Source of the DNA: Fibrobacterales bacterium
GTDB lineage: Bacteria; Fibrobacterota; Fibrobacteria; Fibrobacterales; JAOPTW01
Length of the DNA stretch: 64,000 nucleotides
Assembly (NCBI GenBank): GCA_051532055.1
Contig: JAOPTX010000037.1
Location: 67,180 to 131,179 of the forward strand
Direction: 5' to 3'
The position numbers and the translations under genes were made by a program. The stretch's first letter is position 1. The number at the start of each line of letters is the position of its first letter. Below the pieces are notes generated by a model. It made no database searches. It was not told the DNA's origin and saw only the letters and a list, made by a program, of their open reading frames with translations. Positions 39,849 through 50,561 of the stretch are shown here, piece by piece.

Positions 39849-42271
39849 TAAAAGAGATCAGATAAAGCACCATCTTCGATATCCTGCAAAGAAAGAGCCT
39901 TACTCCAAAGATATCCTTGTCCATACCCACAGCCATAGAGCTTCAAAGCGTCAAGCTGTTCTTTAGTCTCAACCCCCTCGGCTACAACGAGGAGATTGAG
40001 CTTTTCTGCAATATAAACCATAGCCTGCACCATAGCTCCAGAACTTTCATCATTGGGGTTGGGAATATGATCAATAAAACTTTTATCAATTTTTAAAATA
40101 TCAATATCGAGGCTATTGAGATAACTCAGAGAGCTAAAGCCCGTTCCAAAATCGTCAAGGGAGACGGTACACCCCATTTTTCTTAATTGAGACACTACCA
40201 ATTGGGTCAATTCAAAATCTTTTATCAAAGCTGTTTCGGTAATTTCAAATTCAATAGCCTCCACTGGGATCTTCGTTAACCGAATAATATTTTCCACACA
40301 TTCAAGGAAGTTTCTGGAGTCTATCTGACGAGGGGAGAGATTAATTGAAACAGAACAATCAGGAAAGAGTGCTCTGAGCCGGTGTGCCCCAACACATGCT
40401 TCTTGTATAACCCATTCACCAATATCTTCAATGAGGCCGATTTCTTCGGCAAGAGGTATAAATTGATCGGGTGGAACTGAACCAATGGTAGTACTGGTCC
40501 ATCGAATGAGTGCTTCAAAGCCATAAATGTGCCGCTGCTCAATATCGATTTTTGGCTGGTAATACAGTTCAAATTCCTTATTGCTCAAAGCTATTTTGAG
40601 CGCCTTTTCAATCTCTTGTTTTCGTTCCACTTCACTATTCATTTTCTCAGCAAAAAACTTCACAATACCCCTACCACTCTCCTTGGCATTGTACATTGCA
40701 ATATCTGCTTTTTTAAAAAGCTCCTCTTGCGCTATTCCATCAACAGGATATATTACCACTCCAATACTCACCCCTATTTCTATAGTGTTATTTTTAATCG
40801 AAAAAGGCATCCCCAGAATATCCACTATAGACTGAGCAGTCTGTTGTACATCGTTCGAATTGGTCACTTCATTGAGCAACACTACAAACTCATCCCCCCC
40901 AAGGCGTGCTGCGGTATCTTCCTCTTCCAAGCATGTTATAATACGCTCTGACACCTGTTTTAAGAGAACATCACCTGCATCATGCCCCAATGTATCATTG
41001 ACCGCTTTAAAACGATCAAGGTCAAGAAAGAGTAGGGCAAAAAAGCGCTGATGTTGGTGGCTTTGATGAATAGCAGCCGCAACCTTATCAAGGAGCAGTG
41101 CTCGATTGGAGAGACCAGTGAGCTGATCAAAAAAGGCCATATCCTCAAGCTTCTTCTCTAACTGCTTTTGAGTACTAATATCCTTTGAAACTCCAATATA
41201 ATTTGTCGTTTTACCCCGAGAGTTTTTTATTGCCGAAATGGTAAGGTTCCGCGGGTAAACCTCGCCATTTTTCCGTGTATCCCACAACTCCCCACTCCAA
41301 TAACCTTTGGTCAAAACACTGTTCCACAGAGCAAAATAAAATCCTGCATTGTGTTGACCCGACTGAACAATACTCGGGTTTTTCTCCAATATTTCTTCAC
41401 GGTCGAACCCCGTCATTTCTTCATAAGCTTTATTGATGTTCACAATTTTATATTTTTTATCGGTAATCACAATGGCATCACCGGCATGTGAGAAGACATT
41501 CTGTGCAAGATTGCTCTCTCGTTTTGCCTCCTCCTCGGCAGAAACATCTCTAAAAATAAAAAGATGTTGACTTTCACTATATTGGTCATCATCTAAGTGC
41601 TGATAACTAATTTCTACAGGGATCTTTGAGCCATCTGTGAGTTTAATTTGAGACTTTATTGGCCTGGTGCACCGTTCATGAGCGACAATATACTCTTGAA
41701 AGTTACTAATATCCCCATCACAGTCTTCAATAATGCCATCTTTTAAAATGAAGAAATCGAACATTTTTTTTTCACCAACGAGACTATAGGACTCCCCTTT
41801 GAGAAGTGTTTCAGCATAGCTATTAACACTAACGATCACCCCCTGTTCATTGGTAGAAACAACGCCTTGCGATATCGTATCAATAATTCGCTGAGTACTC
41901 TCTCTCATTGCCTGAAGTTCTATGGAGTTCACGTCCATCATTTTATGAGATGTTTCTAGCTCATCAATCATAATATTAAACACCCGTTGCAATACCCCTA
42001 TTTCATCATCATGAATATTTCCCGCTACTTTTGTAAAATCCCCTCGAGCAACATTCCGAGAGTGAGCAATTAAGACATTAATTCGCTTAAATATGAGAAA
42101 TTGTAGTAGAAAATAGAGGCTACTCACGCAAAACACACTGAGTACACCATAGGCGATATAGAATAACGTTACATCTGATCCACTTTTAAACAGTAACGAC
42201 AACCCGATGCCCCCACTCAAGGCAAACAGAACAAACAATACTATAAATATCCCTTTGATACTTTTCATCAA
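39848..42271 (-). CDS. Membrane HAMP-PAS-PAS-GGDEF-EAL diguanylate cyclase/phosphodiesterase
   Basis: Two TM helices, DEIG HAMP, DLDRFKAVND, RLGGDEF, FEALIRW, DDFGTGFSSL, AEGVE. Confidence 0.95.
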   Translation of the reverse strand: MMKSIKGIFIVLFVLFALSGGIGLSLLFKSGSDVTLFYIAYGVLSVFCVSSLYFLLQFLIFKRINVLIAHSRNVARGDFTKVAGNIHDDEIGVLQRVFNIMIDELETSHKMMDVNSIELQAMRESTQRIIDTISQGVVSTNEQGVIVSVNSYAETLLKGESYSLVGEKKMFDFFILKDGIIEDCDGDISNFQEYIVAHERCTRPIKSQIKLTDGSKIPVEISYQHLDDDQYSESQHLFIFRDVSAEEEAKRESNLAQNVFSHAGDAIVITDKKYKIVNINKAYEEMTGFDREEILEKNPSIVQSGQHNAGFYFALWNSVLTKGYWSGELWDTRKNGEVYPRNLTISAIKNSRGKTTNYIGVSKDISTQKQLEKKLEDMAFFDQLTGLSNRALLLDKVAAAIHQSHQHQRFFALLFLDLDRFKAVNDTLGHDAGDVLLKQVSERIITCLEEEDTAARLGGDEFVVLLNEVTNSNDVQQTAQSIVDILGMPFSIKNNTIEIGVSIGVVIYPVDGIAQEELFKKADIAMYNAKESGRGIVKFFAEKMNSEVERKQEIEKALKIALSNKEFELYYQPKIDIEQRHIYGFEALIRWTSTTIGSVPPDQFIPLAEEIGLIEDIGEWVIQEACVGAHRLRALFPDCSVSINLSPRQIDSRNFLECVENIIRLTKIPVEAIEFEITETALIKDFELTQLVVSQLRKMGCTVSLDDFGTGFSSLSYLNSLDIDILKIDKSFIDHIPNPNDESSGAMVQAMVYIAEKLNLLVVAEGVETKEQLDALKLYGCGYGQGYLWSKALSLQDIEDGALSDLF

Positions 42272-42405
42272 ATAGTATTAACCTCACACTATACTCAACC
42301 ATTGTATCATACAATGGGAGTAAGGTCAGACAGAAAAAGAGTCAAATTGAGTAATTTGGGATAATTATTATGGGTTCCAAATAATTACTTTCTAACAGCG
42401 TTCTC

Positions 42406-43038
42406 TTAAACCGCTAGAGAATAAGCAGTTCCCCACTCCTTGAGGGCCTCTTTAAACTGCTTTCCTATTTCGCAATCAATCGGAGCTTCAGCTGCAATTT
42501 CATTAAAGGTAATAATACCTGATTCAATACCACCCGATGGTGAAGCCTGAATACGTAATTTATTAGTTTTCCGCGATACAGTGGGAACTCTATACTCACC
42601 TTCTCCTACCAACTCCATCCATCCCATTGCAACTAATTCGTTAAGGAGTGTCTGATATTTATCAGGGAAGTGGGTTGCCCTATATATTGAAAGTAGCCCC
42701 CCAAGAAGTGTTTCGATCCCGACATGTTGAGCGAGTTCAATATGTTTTCGGTGTTTTTCCTTTCGAGGATCACAATCAATTGAAAGCTCTATAAGGTATG
42801 CCGTTGTGGGAGTAAAAGCAACATAATCAATAGTTGAGGAACGGTTAGAGCGAATCCCTTTATAGATATCTCCATGCCGGACGGGAAATTCAGGTACAAT
42901 ACCACAAATATCATTGATACCTTTTATTGATAAAATTTCATTGAGAAACAGACCAAAAAAAATACTTGCCCGACTATCAATCTGCCAATTGGGAAACTGT
43001 CTCCATTTATTCATAGTGTCAAAGAGTGTTGAAATCAT
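42406..43038 (-). CDS. Hypothetical protein, possible degenerate PD-(D/E)XK fold
   Basis: IVPEFPVR...IDYVAF...YLIELS pattern; start placed at MISTL. Confidence 0.55.
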   Translation of the reverse strand: MISTLFDTMNKWRQFPNWQIDSRASIFFGLFLNEILSIKGINDICGIVPEFPVRHGDIYKGIRSNRSSTIDYVAFTPTTAYLIELSIDCDPRKEKHRKHIELAQHVGIETLLGGLLSIYRATHFPDKYQTLLNELVAMGWMELVGEGEYRVPTVSRKTNKLRIQASPSGGIESGIITFNEIAAEAPIDCEIGKQFKEALKEWGTAYSLAV

Positions 43039-43197
43039 TAGAGTGACCTTTCTGTATAAGCACTTCTCTAATATAATTTTTAAACACCCCATCCTGCTAG
43101 AGCTGAGAAGGCATCTTTACTCATTTCCGTTTAAACAGGTGTTTAAGGATTTTTGACAAATGAGTATATTAACTATGCTACAGAAGTATCAAAGTGC

Positions 43198-44172
43198 TTA
43201 ATAAAAGTACCCAATGATAAAACTCACTTGAAGGCCGACAATAAAGTCATGGGTATTGAGCATACCAATAGCGCGCACTGAAGCTCCAAAATCTTTGACA
43301 TAGCCCGCTTCAGCCTCAACCATAATTCCCGGATATGAATCCTCTTCACTCTTTTTCTCAAGGGATATACCGTTGAAGTGTTCATCAGTCTGCATCACAT
43401 ATTGTACTCCAATTTTGCCTGCAGTAAAAAGATCTCCACCATAGCGATACCCAAAAAAGAGTGAATGATAGAACCAAAATGAAGAGAGGTTCGCGGTATC
43501 ATCCTCTTCACGAGTACTCAATGAGTACCCCCCTTGATACCCTTCTTTCATCTGCCACCACAACTGAAAGGTACCCGATAATTTTTCAGCTAAGATTCCT
43601 CCACCAATAGAGCCAACAACACCCCTATGAGGAACTGAATTTTCAAGACCTTTACACGAGAGGTAAATGTGATTTACCATCGCTTTGCCGTGAGTAAAGC
43701 TGAGAGCTGTATGTTGAAATCCGTCTTTTTTACTGGTCATTATTTTATTGATTTCAAATGCAGTACATCCATTATCACGAGTTTCGGTTAACGTATCACT
43801 ATACCACGAAGCAACAACTTTCGAAAGAGAGTCAGGTTGCGTTGTATCACGACTTACAACAGAGAGAGAGTCAATAAAGAACTCAGGAGTAAAAGTACTA
43901 TCATCGTCACAACGGACAACTTCAGTAAGGGTCAAATATTCATTTTCTAAAGACCAAACACCATACATCCCTATAGGACAGGCATCACTTTTTTTCCAAT
44001 CCATTGTAACCGGCGACAGTATCTCTTGTAACGGCGATTCTGTTAATTTTATTTCTGAGCCGTCATGGAGGATAATATCATATTGGTACCCAGACTGGTA
44101 ACTAAAGAGAGATTGTATTGAAAAAATGAATACGATTAACATCGTAATTTTTAAAGGATGGTGTGCTTTCAT
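43198..44172 (-). CDS. Hypothetical exported/outer-membrane protein
   Basis: Signal peptide; amphipathic strands in the C-terminal half ending GYFY. Confidence 0.6.
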   Translation of the reverse strand: MKAHHPLKITMLIVFIFSIQSLFSYQSGYQYDIILHDGSEIKLTESPLQEILSPVTMDWKKSDACPIGMYGVWSLENEYLTLTEVVRCDDDSTFTPEFFIDSLSVVSRDTTQPDSLSKVVASWYSDTLTETRDNGCTAFEINKIMTSKKDGFQHTALSFTHGKAMVNHIYLSCKGLENSVPHRGVVGSIGGGILAEKLSGTFQLWWQMKEGYQGGYSLSTREEDDTANLSSFWFYHSLFFGYRYGGDLFTAGKIGVQYVMQTDEHFNGISLEKKSEEDSYPGIMVEAEAGYVKDFGASVRAIGMLNTHDFIVGLQVSFIIGYFY

Positions 44173-44258
44173 AGAAGGTCATATACTTTACTGGAACTAT
44201 TTCCTCAGTGAATATACCTTAAATGAAAAGAATAAAGAGTAAAAGGGTGTTTACATAC

Positions 44259-44693
44259 TTAGCATACTGCTGTAGCAAATTCTTCTTCAAATATTTTAGG
44301 AAGCAGGCCATAATCTTTCTTCCAGAGGCATTCAGCAATAGCCTTGAACATTTCTCTTGCTTCAATTGCAAAATAGAGGGGGCGTTCGATTATCGCTTCC
44401 GCAGAACCCCATTTTTGCCTAAACCCATGAAACTCAAGAAGGGTAGTACCAAGCTCAAAAGTATATTGATGAGACTGTTCAAGTAAGTACCGGTTATCGA
44501 GAGCTTTGAGCGCTGGGATAAGATACCGACGTTCCAAGTCTTTATGTTCAGAGAGCATTTCATCCAAGTGTTCAATCCGCTCAACTATTTGTTCAGCAAC
44601 ATCTTCCATATGCCCCATAAGACAATAAAGCATGTCATCCATAACAATCTGTATTCTACGGTGTTGTAATTGTATGATTCGAATTTCGTTCAT
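44259..44693 (-). CDS. Hemerythrin-like (HHE) domain protein, degenerate ligands
   Basis: QHRRI, EHKDLERRYLIPAL, DYGLLP pattern; GAGG RBS. Confidence 0.6.
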   Translation of the reverse strand: MNEIRIIQLQHRRIQIVMDDMLYCLMGHMEDVAEQIVERIEHLDEMLSEHKDLERRYLIPALKALDNRYLLEQSHQYTFELGTTLLEFHGFRQKWGSAEAIIERPLYFAIEAREMFKAIAECLWKKDYGLLPKIFEEEFATAVC

Positions 44694-44995
44694 ATATAAA
44701 AATCCTCGTATAGTTCTAACTTCTCTCTCAACCGTATTAACTATATTGCTTACTTAAATTATTAGTCTATAATACCACAAGTTTTGAAAAATGCAACATC
44801 TTTTCAATAATATTTAGTTTTTTTAACATTTTACATCAGGCCATAAGTTATTTAAATTCAATTGCTTATAGTAAACTGTATATAGTTTGTTGATTAAAAA
44901 CCACAATATAGTGTATAATACACTTTCTCTTTATTCGACATTTAGTAATAAAACATTAAGACATTCCTTATACTTTCTTTAATTACTATAGTAGG

Positions 44996-45009
44996 TGCAC
45001 ATGTGTGCA
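44996..45009. promoter_or_regulatory. Fibrobacter-type LexA (SOS) box
   Basis: TGCAC-atgt-GTGCA about 20 bp upstream of the dnaE2 start; matches the TGCNC-N4-GTGCA motif described for F. succinogenes LexA. Confidence 0.8.
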
Positions 45010-45029
45010 CTTTTGATTATATTTATGTC

Positions 45030-48000
45030 ATGACCTTTCACCCACTCCATAATCACTCGTATTTTTCACTCCTCAGAGGAGTACCATCAGTAGAAGAACT
45101 GGTTGTTCATGCGGTACAACTCGGTGTATCTACCCTTGGCCTTACCGATATAAATTCGACATCGGGCCTCATTCTCTTTATTGAGGAGTGTAGATCTCAT
45201 GGTATCAAACCCATTATGGGAGTCGAGTTACAGAATTTAGAAAACCCCTGTGATACCGTAGTCCTCCTTGCTAAAAATAGCGAAGGGTATCAAGACCTCT
45301 GCGAACTCACCACAATGCACTTAAGAAAAGAGCACCGAGGCCGCGCTCTGGATCTGCTCTTTAAAGAACCGCGACCCAATCTATGGGTGTGGTGTAATAC
45401 TCCTGCTCTCTTTGAAAAGCTTATCAATTCACCGGTCAAACCCCAACTTATAGGGATGCTCATTGCGCAAGATTTTGAACTGAGACAACGCAGTAGAGCC
45501 ATTGAAGCTCTTGCGTACACCCACTCCATCCCATTGATGGCATCTCACAATTGTTATTTTCTTGAACCAGCTGACTTTGAGATTCACCGAGTACTTGCCG
45601 CAATTGATAACAACACAACCACCTCCCGTCTCAGCAACACACAACACCAATCTCCCCATGCATGGTTTAAGAAACCAGAAAATATAGCCGCTCTGTTTTC
45701 TCGACTTCCGAGTTCAGTAACTTCGACACAAATCGTATCCGACTCAGTCACTGATGATTTACAAAAACAGCCCTGGATACTTCCTAAAATTGAAGTCCCG
45801 TATGGGTACACCCCCGAAAGTTATCTGAGAGAGCTCGCCACTATAGGCTTAGAAGAAAACTACCCCACAGAGCCCGTAAGAAGTCAAGCGAGAGCGATTC
45901 AACTCAAAGAACTCGACACCATATGCTCTCTCGGATACGCCTCATATTTTTTAATGGTCTACCAAATTCGGGATTGGGCCAACAATCACTATGAAGAATT
46001 TTATCGTAAGGCGAAAGAATGTACTATTATGCGAGGAAGTGCAGCTAATTGCATGACCTTCTATAACCTTGGAGCAAGTGACTTAGACCCCATCCGCTAC
46101 AACCTCTACTTTGAGCGGTTTCTTAATGAGGATCGTGGTGCCCCTCCCGATGCCGACCTCGACTTCGGGTGGGATGAACGAGATGCGGTACTCAACTACT
46201 TTTTTGATACATGGGGTGAAGACCATGTTGCAATGATGTGTACCACGAACCATTTTAGATGGAATTCCGCATTTAGAGAGGTCGCTAAAGTATATGGCTA
46301 TAGTGAAGATCAGGTTACCGAGGTAATGAATAACTTTAGTCTCAAACACTCTCGCTCATTTGATTCCGAAAAACCATCCACCCGCCTTGCCGTTCATAAT
46401 TTAGAAGAAATATCAGACCCGACACTGAAAAAGATCATCGCTCTTGCTCATGTGATTGAAGGGCGCCCACACTTTCTAAGTCAGCACTGTGGTGGAGTGA
46501 TCGTTACCAATGAACCCATTTGGCGGCATGTAGCCTGTCAAAAAAGTGGTGGCATCAAAAACCGAACAATCATTCAGATAGATATGCACAACGGCACTGA
46601 TTATCTGGGCCTTATTAAGTTTGATATTTTGGGCAACGGCTCCCTCTCAGTACTCCGAGACACCTTACGACAATTGGAAAATCAAAAAATACCCGATCCA
46701 GAAGTATGGGATATTGAAAAATGTTATGCAGACACAAAAGTGCAAGCGATGATTCGTTCGGGATTTACCCGAGGTATTTTTTATCTCGAATCACCCGCTC
46801 AAAGTAGGCTGAACATCAAAAGTCAGGCAGAAACATTTGAAGAGATTGGCATTACCTCCAGTCTGATTCGTCCTGCAGGTACTGCGTACTGTGATTCATT
46901 TGTCACTCGACATCGAGAACACAAAGCAGGAATAAAAACCTGGGAATTTCTTCATCCTGCACTTGAAGGCCTCTTAAGTGAAACACACGATGTTTGTGTA
47001 TTTCAAGAAGACATCATAAAAATATGTGTCGAAATTGCCGGGTTCAGTTTTAAAAAAGCCGATTACGTTCGTAAGACCATGAATTCCAATCATGAAGGAG
47101 TTGTTGAGAACTACCATTTAGTGGGGGAAGAATTTATCAAAGGATGCATCGCACTGCATGGCTTTACCCAAAATCAGGGTGAGACTCTCTGGAAACGCAT
47201 CAATAGTTTTACTGGGTTCAGTTTTTGTAAAAGTCACTCCCTCAGCTATGCACAATTGTCGTATCGTTGTTCATATCTTAAGGCACACTACCCCGCTCAG
47301 TTTATTGCAAGTGTCATTTCGAATAAACATGGGTTCTACAGCTACACTGCTTATCTTGATGAAGCACGGCGCTTAGGCATTGCCATTCTCCCCGTCGACA
47401 TTAATAGAAGTGAGTACCAGTATTATGGAAGTGAGCATTCTATTCGTACTGGCTTTATGCATATTAAGGATATCCGCCAAGAGAGTATTCATGCTATGCT
47501 TTCAGAGCGCATATGTAATGGCCCCTTTCACTCATTTGGAGACTTTCTCGCGCGAACATCACAAATGGGCACCACGCAAATAGAAGCATTAATTATGGTT
47601 GGGGCACTTGCCACTATAGCACCCTCACAACCCTATTGTATGGCACTCTTACACCAACGAAATTCTGTACCGGAGTGTAGTACAGAACAATTAGCTCTTT
47701 CTTTTGAAAGTTCAAGTGAGGCACCCCAATCCGTCCCTCTCAAGCCTTACAGTTACTCAACCAAATGCCTGTATGAACTCTACTACCTCGGTTTTATGAC
47801 CTCGGGAAATATTCATCAAATGCTCCAAGACCACCCTGCGGCAGTCGGTGCTGTGTCGGCCCTTGACCTTAGTCAGTGGGTGGGTAAAAAAGTACACACT
47901 ATTGGCACCCCCATCACTCGCCGTTCCCACAGAGTGGCAGCCAGTGGTGAGCTTATGATGTTTCTGACACTCCAAGATCACTCAGGCACCATAGATGTAG

Positions 48001-48248
48001 TGGTATGGCCTCAGAAGGCAAAAGAGTATTCAGACCGACTTCAAATCACAAGCCCCATTCGTGTTGATGGCATCGTACAAGAAGACAACGATACTTTTAC
48101 CCTGCAACTTACTCATATAGCACTGTTAGACTGGCACCCCGCGCAAGTACATCTCTTTTCTAAAAAGTCGAAAAGAAGTAACACCGCAGAGGATCTTTCA
48201 CGATTTATTTCCGAAACACCACCTCACCATAGTCGTGCAACGGGATAA
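45030..48248 (+). CDS. dnaE2: DNA polymerase III alpha, error-prone DnaE2 type
   Basis: PHP HNHSYFSLL, MRGSAAN, FERFLN..PPDADLDF, LSQHCGG, KFDILG, FSFCKSH, OB fold; SOS box and adjacent imuB-like gene. Confidence 0.88.
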   Translation: MTFHPLHNHSYFSLLRGVPSVEELVVHAVQLGVSTLGLTDINSTSGLILFIEECRSHGIKPIMGVELQNLENPCDTVVLLAKNSEGYQDLCELTTMHLRKEHRGRALDLLFKEPRPNLWVWCNTPALFEKLINSPVKPQLIGMLIAQDFELRQRSRAIEALAYTHSIPLMASHNCYFLEPADFEIHRVLAAIDNNTTTSRLSNTQHQSPHAWFKKPENIAALFSRLPSSVTSTQIVSDSVTDDLQKQPWILPKIEVPYGYTPESYLRELATIGLEENYPTEPVRSQARAIQLKELDTICSLGYASYFLMVYQIRDWANNHYEEFYRKAKECTIMRGSAANCMTFYNLGASDLDPIRYNLYFERFLNEDRGAPPDADLDFGWDERDAVLNYFFDTWGEDHVAMMCTTNHFRWNSAFREVAKVYGYSEDQVTEVMNNFSLKHSRSFDSEKPSTRLAVHNLEEISDPTLKKIIALAHVIEGRPHFLSQHCGGVIVTNEPIWRHVACQKSGGIKNRTIIQIDMHNGTDYLGLIKFDILGNGSLSVLRDTLRQLENQKIPDPEVWDIEKCYADTKVQAMIRSGFTRGIFYLESPAQSRLNIKSQAETFEEIGITSSLIRPAGTAYCDSFVTRHREHKAGIKTWEFLHPALEGLLSETHDVCVFQEDIIKICVEIAGFSFKKADYVRKTMNSNHEGVVENYHLVGEEFIKGCIALHGFTQNQGETLWKRINSFTGFSFCKSHSLSYAQLSYRCSYLKAHYPAQFIASVISNKHGFYSYTAYLDEARRLGIAILPVDINRSEYQYYGSEHSIRTGFMHIKDIRQESIHAMLSERICNGPFHSFGDFLARTSQMGTTQIEALIMVGALATIAPSQPYCMALLHQRNSVPECSTEQLALSFESSSEAPQSVPLKPYSYSTKCLYELYYLGFMTSGNIHQMLQDHPAAVGAVSALDLSQWVGKKVHTIGTPITRRSHRVAASGELMMFLTLQDHSGTIDVVVWPQKAKEYSDRLQITSPIRVDGIVQEDNDTFTLQLTHIALLDWHPAQVHLFSKKSKRSNTAEDLSRFISETPPHHSRATG

Positions 48249-48256
48249 TCTATACT

Positions 48257-49456
48257 ATGCCAGATTCCCTCCATCTATCACTCTATATACCCAATATCTA
48301 TTGTCAGGCAATGGAGTTTTGTGACACATCACTTAAAAAGAAGCCCTATGTTCTTACACAGCAGAGTAACGACAATCAAAAGAGCACTATATTTGCTGTA
48401 AGTAGTTTAGTAAAACAAAAACGCATCTACCCTGGTTATCCACTCTCATTATTAATGAAAAAATTTCCTGGTATAGCAGTCATCCCTTATAAAGTAGATG
48501 CTTTAGAATTACTTAAAAAAGACCTTATTTCTCTTGCAGAATCATTTTCTCCAGATAGTTCCTTTGCGCACCGCTCTTATCTAACCCTCAATCTGACGGG
48601 CACCCTTAAACACCACCATAACTCGATTGAAACAGTAGTTTCACGGTTCTTAAAAGAAGTTGAAAAGCGATCACTGCATACGATACAAGTTGCTGTTGGT
48701 TCTGCCCCTATGCATACCTATCTTGCAGCGCGAAGTCCTGACCTTCCTTCACCCTACATCCCCCATTGGGAAAGAGAACATGAAGACATACTCAAGCTCC
48801 CTGCGCATACCATTCCCGACCTTCATTTTACAACTCTCAAACGATTAAAACAGTATAATCTCTACACCCTCCATGACATTAAAGCATTGAGCCGTTCCTT
48901 TATTTCTCATCACTTTAAAAAAGATGGCGAAAAGCTGTATGCATTTACTCATGGTCATATATTAAAAAAACGAACCCATACAAGGAGTTCATCATCTATC
49001 ACTATTGAGCACATTTTGAAGCGAGACACGATACATACTGAGGAACAGTATAGTGAATTCTTAACCACCCTGGATGCGCTCTTCTTTAAAATGACAAAAG
49101 AAAATGCTTTTTCACGTGAGTTTCATCTTGAGTTAGAATATGCTGATAAAAAGGTATCTACAAGTAAAAAGAAGTCTTCCCATACTATTGAGAGTTTCAA
49201 TGGATTCAAAAAAATATTTATTGAACTGTTTCGAGAAATTCCCGTGCGAAGAATATCGCTTAGGGTTATTCGATGTAGTAGTCTCAAAGTCACGAGAAAC
49301 GAACTACAACTTGATCTTTTTTCTCAAGACTCACCATCAAGTGTGAGTCTTGAGAAATCGATCTTAAAAATTAGAGATAAGCAAGGGCTCGGTGCAATTA
49401 AAACCGGTGCACAGCTTCTCAATAACGAAGAAATTACTCGCCGTCGTTACCGATAG
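48257..49456 (+). CDS. imuB: Inactive Y-family polymerase (ImuB-like)
   Basis: DinB-like fold without catalytic D/DE; QLDLF clamp-binding motif; ILKIRDKQGLGAI tail. Confidence 0.75.
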   Translation: MPDSLHLSLYIPNIYCQAMEFCDTSLKKKPYVLTQQSNDNQKSTIFAVSSLVKQKRIYPGYPLSLLMKKFPGIAVIPYKVDALELLKKDLISLAESFSPDSSFAHRSYLTLNLTGTLKHHHNSIETVVSRFLKEVEKRSLHTIQVAVGSAPMHTYLAARSPDLPSPYIPHWEREHEDILKLPAHTIPDLHFTTLKRLKQYNLYTLHDIKALSRSFISHHFKKDGEKLYAFTHGHILKKRTHTRSSSSITIEHILKRDTIHTEEQYSEFLTTLDALFFKMTKENAFSREFHLELEYADKKVSTSKKKSSHTIESFNGFKKIFIELFREIPVRRISLRVIRCSSLKVTRNELQLDLFSQDSPSSVSLEKSILKIRDKQGLGAIKTGAQLLNNEEITRRRYR

Positions 49457-49667
49457 ATTCTACGGGACATTCTTCCATAGCAGCTTCCATCGCTTCAATT
49501 TCTTCTTCATTTTCTGGTTGTTTGATCACAAGAGAATTCCCGCCATCGTCACTCATCTCAAAGTTATCTGGGGCGTGATCCGTACACAGTTCACATCCAG
49601 TACATTCACTATCTACATACCATTTTCCAGGTATATTATCTTCAAATTTTAACGATATATCAGCCAT
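49434..49667 (-). CDS. Ferredoxin
   Basis: CTGCELC...CPVESIG; AGGAG RBS. Confidence 0.92.
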   Translation of the reverse strand: MADISLKFEDNIPGKWYVDSECTGCELCTDHAPDNFEMSDDGGNSLVIKQPENEEEIEAMEAAMEECPVESIGNDGE

Positions 49668-49927
49668 TGTATCTCCTTATGGTTGCTCTAATAACAATAT
49701 TAATTAATAAGAATGTAATTAAAATATCTGGTATTCCTCAAGCTTCTCTGCCCCTTATTACAGAACTGTTCACAGAATAGTAACATTGTAAAATGAAAAA
49801 TCGCCGTTTTACTCCATGACAGGACAATATATAATGATTACAACTTTATTATGAATGCTCAAATACTAGTGCCAACCATGTATTTTGATAGTATACTTAA
49901 ATAAAGTCTACAAAAAAAGGGGACAAT

Positions 49928-50503
49928 ATGTCTTTTACATTACCCGAATTACCTTATGCTCCTGATGCACTCGAACCAACAATCTCTAAAGAGACTATCG
50001 AATTCCATTATGGAAAACATCATCAAGCATACGTAACCAATCTCAATAAATTAATTGAGGGGACTGAATTTGCAAATGCCACATTAGAGTCAATCATTGC
50101 ACAAGCAACAGGCGGCATCTTTAATAATGCAGCTCAAGTCTGGAATCACACCTTTTACTGGAACTGTTTGACTCCATCAAAAACAGAACCCACGGATTCA
50201 CTTCTTGAAGCAATCAACGCAAGCTTTGGCTCAGTAGATACTTTTAAAGAACAGTTCTCTACCGCTGCGGCAACCAATTTCGGTTCAGGCTGGACATGGC
50301 TCGTTAAAAATAGTGATGAAAGTTTAGAAATCATTAGTACTTCCAATGCAGATACCCCCATTAAAAAAGGGGCACAGGTACTTCTTACTATTGATGTATG
50401 GGAGCATGCCTACTATGTAGACTATCGCAATGCACGTCCTAAATACATTGCAGAGTATTGGAACCTTGTAAATTGGAAGTTTGTTTCTAAAAACTTTGAA
50501 TAA
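49928..50503 (+). CDS. sodB: Superoxide dismutase [Fe]
   Basis: FHYGKHHQAY, NNAAQVWNHTFYW, FGSGWTWL, DVWEHAYY. Confidence 0.95.
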   Translation: MSFTLPELPYAPDALEPTISKETIEFHYGKHHQAYVTNLNKLIEGTEFANATLESIIAQATGGIFNNAAQVWNHTFYWNCLTPSKTEPTDSLLEAINASFGSVDTFKEQFSTAAATNFGSGWTWLVKNSDESLEIISTSNADTPIKKGAQVLLTIDVWEHAYYVDYRNARPKYIAEYWNLVNWKFVSKNFE

Positions 50504-50561
50504 CAATTGAAAAGTTTGAAGTTTGAAATGCCACACTGTAATTCAAACTTCACTCTTTGAT

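Noticed and set aside
44873..44914. Tandem NrdR-like boxes
   Set aside because: Partial matches in AT-rich DNA, 26-bp offset, no nrd genes adjacent
49830..49850. Fur box upstream of sodB (and a similar one near 31218)
   Set aside because: Only about 12/19 match in AT-rich sequence
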